Of a stretch of 64,000 nt of DNA, positions 58,531-64,000 are shown piece after piece (positions within the stretch are counted from its first letter, which is position 1; every line of letters begins with the position of its first letter). Location of the stretch: contig JAFTSK010000155.1 of NCBI GenBank assembly GCA_017467385.1, positions 705 to 64,704 of the forward strand, given 5' to 3'. The position numbers and the translations under genes were made by a program. The notes beneath the pieces were generated by a model. It had not been told where the DNA came from. It did no database searches and saw nothing but the letters and a program-made list of their open reading frames with translations. The stretch comes from Bacteroidaceae bacterium. Its GTDB lineage: Bacteria > Bacteroidota > Bacteroidia > Bacteroidales > Bacteroidaceae.

Positions 58531-59184
58531 TTACCTTGTTATTCCAGTTGTAACGTATGCATAAAGTTTAAAGACCTGTTCTACATTGTCAAAGTCTATT
58601 TTATGCGTTTCTATATATTCCTTGATTTCTTCCCGTTGCTGTTCCGGAAGAAGCTTTAGAAACGTTTTAGTGTTATTGAACCACTTCGTCTTTTTACCGA
58701 TTTTGGCTTTGTATCTTTTATTGATGCCTACCACCACCTTGTTACTTGCATTCTTTTGAGAGCTTAATACCCCTGAACCGGAATAGCCAGAATAACTGTC
58801 TACTGCCGCTGTTTGAGTAGTACCGCCGTAGGTCAAGTTTTTAGGAGCCTGGCGGAGATTACCGGAATAAGCGACCTGGAAAAGTGGCTTGGCTTGTAAT
58901 AGTTCTATGGCCTCTCCTTCACTTAACAGAAAGTTCCGGGAACCGATTTGAAGAAAGGCTATCTTTTCGGGATAAGCAAATTGTCTGGCTTCCTTGTCTT
59001 TCGCATCAATGAAAAGAAAATGACCGGCACGTAAATCAAAATTGACGGGTGCCTGAAAACGTTGACCGTCTTTGTAGAGAATCAATGCGTTTTGATAATT
59101 GGGGAAAAGAAAGCTTGATGCTTCTTGTCCTAATACGGCATTACATATCAATAAGAAGAAAGGAAGTAAAAATAGTCTTTTCAT
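58531..59184 (-). CDS. Hypothetical exported protein
   Basis: Signal peptide MKRLFLLPFFLLICNAVLGQ; 217 aa. Confidence 0.75.
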   Translation of the reverse strand: MKRLFLLPFFLLICNAVLGQEASSFLFPNYQNALILYKDGQRFQAPVNFDLRAGHFLFIDAKDKEARQFAYPEKIAFLQIGSRNFLLSEGEAIELLQAKPLFQVAYSGNLRQAPKNLTYGGTTQTAAVDSYSGYSGSGVLSSQKNASNKVVVGINKRYKAKIGKKTKWFNNTKTFLKLLPEQQREEIKEYIETHKIDFDNVEQVFKLYAYVTTGITR

Positions 59185-59200
59185 GTGGGAAACATAAAAG

Positions 59201-59227
59201 AAATGCACTTCATCATGAAGTGCATTT
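59201..59227 (-). terminator. Hairpin downstream of the third Sus operon
   Basis: aaatgcacttcat-c-atgaagtgcattt. Confidence 0.55.
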
Positions 59228-59244
59228 CATATTTAAAGATTCAA

Positions 59245-60024
59245 TTAGTTAGCTCTTCTTCCCGGGAGGAAAGTAACACGAATTTCGTACATTGCCTTAT
59301 GCTGTTCTACGCCAGCCGGACGATTGGCAATATTAATTACCATGTATCGTTGTGGCTTAGTGTAATCTGCAGGATAACCCAATGCTGGAGAATCACCTAC
59401 AGGTTCTACCTTACAGTCATAGTTAGAGGTAGCCATAGAAATAGCGGCAATCACTTCATTCTTTCTAACCGGTATGCTTACATAACGAGTTTGAGTTTCT
59501 ACTGTTTCAACATAGTTGTTGCCATCCCAATCCAAAAGGCTGTAGTCTGAAACACCATTGAACAAATCTGTTGCAAACACATAACCATTGTTTGGAGAAG
59601 TATAAACAGCATGGTCTACTGCATAGATATTGATTACAGTCAACTTACCGTTTGGAGCTTCTGCCAAACTTTCTTCAGTTCTTGTACTGCTAACAGTTAC
59701 TGTTTCACCCGGCTGTACTTGTGTACCATCGTTCAATGTTACAACACTACCGCTTGTATTGACATAATCAAAGTTTGAAGTAGTACCGATTGTTACTGTT
59801 GGCATGTAGTTTTCAACCACTTTGTTATTCCAGTTAATAGCATACATCTTGTTTTGGAATAACTCACGTGCATACACGTTTACGGCGCTGACACCTACCT
59901 GGGTATATTGGCTTTCATCAGCTTCTTCATAAGTCAAGTCAGCCTTACAAGAAGTGAAAGCCAAAGCGAGACTAAGAACGCCTAAACCTTGATAGATTCT
60001 TTTTGAAAAAATATCGAATTTCAT
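59245..60024 (-). CDS. PUL accessory surface lipoprotein (DUF5018-like C-terminus)
   Basis: Lipobox FTSC; SPALGYPADYTKPQRYMV; directly after SusD. Confidence 0.7.
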   Translation of the reverse strand: MKFDIFSKRIYQGLGVLSLALAFTSCKADLTYEEADESQYTQVGVSAVNVYARELFQNKMYAINWNNKVVENYMPTVTIGTTSNFDYVNTSGSVVTLNDGTQVQPGETVTVSSTRTEESLAEAPNGKLTVINIYAVDHAVYTSPNNGYVFATDLFNGVSDYSLLDWDGNNYVETVETQTRYVSIPVRKNEVIAAISMATSNYDCKVEPVGDSPALGYPADYTKPQRYMVINIANRPAGVEQHKAMYEIRVTFLPGRRAN

Positions 60025-60036
60025 AATTACTCTTTT

Positions 60037-62025
60037 TTAATCGTTATAATAGAAGTTACTCCAACCCGGGTTCTGCTGTATCTGGTCGTAACCAGAGAAA
60101 GTAGTCTTATTGAATGGAATGAAATAGTATCTCACATTATCAAACTTTCTATCGTAATATGAGTTCAATTCATCCACCTTGTAAGTCTTGAAAGTCGGAA
60201 CGAAGTAGTTAGGATCGTCCGGAGTTGCAGGATAACCCATCAAACCAACACCGTATTCAGTGCTTTCAACACCCTTACGTGAAATCCACAAACCTCTGGA
60301 TGGTGTGTTCAATTCTTCAATTACAGTCTTACCTTCAGATTCACCCCAACGGAGCAAGTCAAAGTAACGGTGTCCCGGACATTCAAATGCCAATTCCAAA
60401 CGACGTTGAAGTTTCAATTCAGTCATCAAATCAGAACCGGTAAAGTCATCCAAACCGGCACGGTTACGAATTTGGTTAATCAAAGATTTTGCTTCAGCAT
60501 CCTTGCCACCCAACTTGATTGCTGCTTCTGCCTTGTTCAACAAAACTTCTGCATAACGGATGTTGAAGTAGCAAGTTTGTTTTTGATCCTTGTTGATAGA
60601 ACCGTCTTCGTTGAATACATCCAATTGAGAATATTTCTTCAAGTAATAGCTGGTAATAGTCTGTTCAGAACCATAACCTGTCGGAGCATATTCGTCTGAA
60701 TCCACATATCTCATACCTGTGTGCAATGCACTATATTTCAATGTGTTTTCAGGGTCGCTATCATCAATCCATGTTTGAATAATGTACATTTCTTCTTCCG
60801 GACCTCTGTAAGAACCGTCATACTGAATGGTTGCATAGAAGCGCTTGTCGCGATTTTCAAACATCTTACGATAGTCTTCACCCGAACCGGTAATTTCACC
60901 GTCTGCATTCTTGGTAACACCCAAAGCCTGCATCTGTGAAGTTTCCCACCAGTTCATCCACTTGCCTGTTGCTTCGTCTTTCATCAAGTAGCAGTCAACC
61001 AAGTCCTGAGTTGGGAAAGTACCACCACGACATTCCCAGTCCCAATTCTTTTCGCCTGTTGATGTATAGTAATATTCATTCGGACCGCAATTTTCAGTAG
61101 GATTGAATCCACTTCTTTGGTCTTTCTTGAACATTACCGGCCAAATAGATTCTACACTTGTGTGTGCAGTTGGGCTGGTAAAGAGGGTTTCATATTCCGG
61201 TTCCAAATCATAACCGGTTACAGCATTAGCTGCATTGTATGCCAACTGATAATAAGTGGTTGCACCCTTTTCAAACTTGAACAAACCGGCTGCATCATCT
61301 GAGAACAAATTCTTTGCAGAAGCTTCAGCGGCACAAGCTGCATAAAGAGCTACGCGAGACTTATAAGCATTGGCTACATCCTTGCTTACACGACCAACTT
61401 CAGGCTTCAATGTAGTTTGTCCGAAGTATTCTATAGACTTGTCCAAATTAGCCAAGATGTTGTCGAATACCACTTCACGCTTTTCACGTGGCAAGAAAGT
61501 GTCATCGTTCAAGTTCAATGCCTTGTCAACGTATGGTACTGTACCCCAGTACTTGATCATGTCGAAATAAACAAATGCCAAGAAGAAATGACTTTCTGCC
61601 AACAACTGATTCTTCAGGTTTTCTTCCAGACCGGCATTACTGATATTGTCAATACCTACATAGATACGTCTGATGGTTTGGTAAGAACCACTCCAGGGAC
61701 CAATACCCGGAGAAGTCTGTTCGTCATACTGACGAAGATAGAAACCATATTGTCTATAGGTAGACCAGTCTGTCTGCAAGTTGCCCAAGCAGTTGTCTGA
61801 CCATTGTTCCGATTGGAAAGATTGGCCGCTGTATGATTCGCCAGTTCTCAAATAGAGGTCGTCTACATAGGCGCGGGCCAACTGCGGATTAGCCCAGAAC
61901 TGACTTTCCTCAACCTGTGATGTCGGTTCTACGCCCAATGGGTCACATGCTGTCATCACTCCCAAAGCAGAAGCGAACAACATACCTCCCAATATATTTT
62001 TTGATAAATTTTTAATCGTTTTCAT
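60037..62025 (-). CDS. SusD/RagB lipoprotein
   Basis: TACDPL lipobox; RYAEVLLNKAEA; RRLELAFE; QQNPGW. Confidence 0.95.
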   Translation of the reverse strand: MKTIKNLSKNILGGMLFASALGVMTACDPLGVEPTSQVEESQFWANPQLARAYVDDLYLRTGESYSGQSFQSEQWSDNCLGNLQTDWSTYRQYGFYLRQYDEQTSPGIGPWSGSYQTIRRIYVGIDNISNAGLEENLKNQLLAESHFFLAFVYFDMIKYWGTVPYVDKALNLNDDTFLPREKREVVFDNILANLDKSIEYFGQTTLKPEVGRVSKDVANAYKSRVALYAACAAEASAKNLFSDDAAGLFKFEKGATTYYQLAYNAANAVTGYDLEPEYETLFTSPTAHTSVESIWPVMFKKDQRSGFNPTENCGPNEYYYTSTGEKNWDWECRGGTFPTQDLVDCYLMKDEATGKWMNWWETSQMQALGVTKNADGEITGSGEDYRKMFENRDKRFYATIQYDGSYRGPEEEMYIIQTWIDDSDPENTLKYSALHTGMRYVDSDEYAPTGYGSEQTITSYYLKKYSQLDVFNEDGSINKDQKQTCYFNIRYAEVLLNKAEAAIKLGGKDAEAKSLINQIRNRAGLDDFTGSDLMTELKLQRRLELAFECPGHRYFDLLRWGESEGKTVIEELNTPSRGLWISRKGVESTEYGVGLMGYPATPDDPNYFVPTFKTYKVDELNSYYDRKFDNVRYYFIPFNKTTFSGYDQIQQNPGWSNFYYND

Positions 62026-62034
62026 AACCTATTA

Positions 62035-64000
62035 TTATAATGTTAATGTTACACCCAATGTATATGAACGTTGTGTAGGATAACCACCGATAGTACCACC
62101 ACTTGACCACATGTTAGCTCCTGATACCATAAATTCAGGATCCTGAATGTTCTTCAATGGATAAGACTTCTTAGTCCAAGTAAATGCGTTAGTTACTACG
62201 AAGCTCAAATCCAAACCTTGAATGAATGGAACGTCTTTCAATACATACTTCTTCATGTCGTAACGCAAGCTGATGTTCTTCAACTTCAAGTAAGAAGCAT
62301 CGAATGACCAAGTTTCAGCAAATCCGGTATAACCATTTGTAGTATCCATAGCAGCCATAGGAAGTGCAGCTTCTACATCCGGATTGCTAACCGGCAAATA
62401 TGAATTCTTGTAAGCATATTGACCATAGTTCCAGAAGTAACCGTAGTTAGAACGCAAAGCATCCGGCATTGCACCAGTTACATTGGTTGCACCCTGGAAG
62501 AAGAGTTCAAGGTCGAAGCCCTTATAGTCAGCACCCAAAGTGATACCGAACTGAGTCAACGGAGTCTGACCACCCTTAGTATTGTTCTGGTAGTCGTTTC
62601 CGGCGCGACCGTCACCGTTCAAGTCAACCAATTGGATAGTACCCGGAGCATAGTTCTTTGAAGAGTGAAGGAATGACCAATACATTTGATCCCAGCTACC
62701 GAACAATTTATCCTTAGTCGGATTTACATACCAATAAGTCCAGTTCATGTCACGTTCGCCGATGGTATCAAAGAACGGAGTACGGTTAAATGTACTGTTG
62801 CTTGTGTGGCGAGTGACGATTTCATCCCAGAATGAGTAGTTAACACCTACACGATAACCTACCTGACCAATCTTGTCTTGCCAGTTCAATGAGATTTCAA
62901 AACCACCCTTGCGTGATGTTACGAAAGGAGCATTGATCTGAGGAATGTTTGGCATACCGAGGATATCAGTACGGAGCATATCTGTAGTCATGTTCATTAC
63001 GTCACCCTTGTTCAAATACAAATAGGTATCGAAAGAACCGGCCAATTTACCTTTGAACATTTCAAAGTCAACACCGGCACCCCACTGTGTAGAAGAAGAC
63101 CATTCCAAATCGTTGGCAATCTGGCTCATGTACCAACCTACGTTTGAATTCATATCATCACCGAAAAGAACGCGGGTACCATTCTGAGAATATTGTGTCA
63201 GGTAAGAGAATGGATCACCTACTTCGTTACCTACTTTACCCCAACCACCGCGAAGCTTAAACATGTTCACGATATTCGGATTGATCAAGTCCTTGAACCA
63301 TTCTTCGTCAGACATCACCCAACCCAAAGAAATAGCGTGGAAGTAACCCCAGCGTTTGTCCGGGCTGTATGACAATGAACCGTTGTAGTTAGCAGAGTAT
63401 TGCAACATATACTTATCATCGTATGAATAAGTCAAACGACCGATGTATGATGCAGAGCCCCATTCAGTAGCAGAACCTGTAGCACCCTGAACAGTAGCAC
63501 CCAAGCTTACTTGCGGAGTCAATGTGGTTGCATAACCATATCTCTTTGCCTGAGTATCGTTAGTCTTACGAATCTGGCTTTGGTAGTTGGCCATTGCAGA
63601 GAAACTGTGCTTACCGATTTGCTTGCTATAATCCACCTGGAAGATACCAGTCAACAATTTATACTTATACCAATATTGGCTCATGTTAGCATTGTTTGGA
63701 TTGTATGTGCTGAAGCTGGTTGAATAAGGAGCATCGTATGCATTTTCAATGTCATGACGGAATACGCGCTGAGTATTATAAGAAGTAGTAAAGTTGATAC
63801 TTGCTTGTGCAGACAAACCTTGTACCCAGGGCACATTCCACTTCAAAGCAGCATTCATCTGGAAACGGTAAGCTTCATTGGTATTGAAACCTTCGTTTGC
63901 CTTTGCTTCAACAGAATTCTTGTTCAACAAACCTGTACTCCATACAGCCGGTTTAGTAGGCATGCTACCACCATACATTGTATCCTGGAATACACCGCTA
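62035..64000 (-). CDS. SusC/RagA TonB-dependent transporter, 3' part (5' end outside the window)
   Basis: GRLTYSYDDKY, DLNGDG, DASYLKLKNISL, YPTQRSYTLGVTLTL. Confidence 0.95.
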   Translation of the reverse strand, partial: SGVFQDTMYGGSMPTKPAVWSTGLLNKNSVEAKANEGFNTNEAYRFQMNAALKWNVPWVQGLSAQASINFTTSYNTQRVFRHDIENAYDAPYSTSFSTYNPNNANMSQYWYKYKLLTGIFQVDYSKQIGKHSFSAMANYQSQIRKTNDTQAKRYGYATTLTPQVSLGATVQGATGSATEWGSASYIGRLTYSYDDKYMLQYSANYNGSLSYSPDKRWGYFHAISLGWVMSDEEWFKDLINPNIVNMFKLRGGWGKVGNEVGDPFSYLTQYSQNGTRVLFGDDMNSNVGWYMSQIANDLEWSSSTQWGAGVDFEMFKGKLAGSFDTYLYLNKGDVMNMTTDMLRTDILGMPNIPQINAPFVTSRKGGFEISLNWQDKIGQVGYRVGVNYSFWDEIVTRHTSNSTFNRTPFFDTIGERDMNWTYWYVNPTKDKLFGSWDQMYWSFLHSSKNYAPGTIQLVDLNGDGRAGNDYQNNTKGGQTPLTQFGITLGADYKGFDLELFFQGATNVTGAMPDALRSNYGYFWNYGQYAYKNSYLPVSNPDVEAALPMAAMDTTNGYTGFAETWSFDASYLKLKNISLRYDMKKYVLKDVPFIQGLDLSFVVTNAFTWTKKSYPLKNIQDPEFMVSGANMWSSGGTIGGYPTQRSYTLGVTLTL

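Noticed and set aside
58420-58659. 79 aa plus-strand ORF
   Set aside because: Starts inside the promoter, crosses a strong terminator and overlaps the opposite-strand gene; the sRNA reading fits better.

Overview
Chromosomal DNA of a Bacteroidales bacterium (Bacteroides/Phocaeicola-like), judged from SusC/SusD loci, TTTG-N19-TAnnTTTG promoters and a Bacteroides-type rplQ tail. Core genes (rplQ end, membrane MutS-like ATPase, M48 protease, SDR, OAH sulfhydrylase, DUF1080/Gfo locus, YpfJ-like peptidase, PAP2, sdhCAB) alternate with two accessory-looking blocks. Block 1 (4.3-11.4 kb) holds an ECF sigma/DUF4252 module, a structured non-coding region before an XRE gene, a CsgG-DUF4810-DUF799 operon, an orphan MNT antitoxin with a deleted HEPN toxin, and a frameshifted transglutaminase-like gene. 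Block 2 (23.5-52.6 kb) holds a SusC/D-DUF4843-PKD-thioredoxin locus and an alpha-galactoside PUL (3x GH110-like, GH36, GH97, esterases, CBM-metallopeptidase). Each block is bracketed by its own pair of near-identical direct repeats built on a REP-like element. Other highlights are a fixed-geometry CTCTTTG-N18-CAAAGAG motif at four intergenic sites and a small promoter-plus-terminator sRNA that is antisense to translation start regions. No CRISPR array, tRNA, rRNA, integrase or transposase was seen. All family calls come from motif recognition by eye, not database searches.
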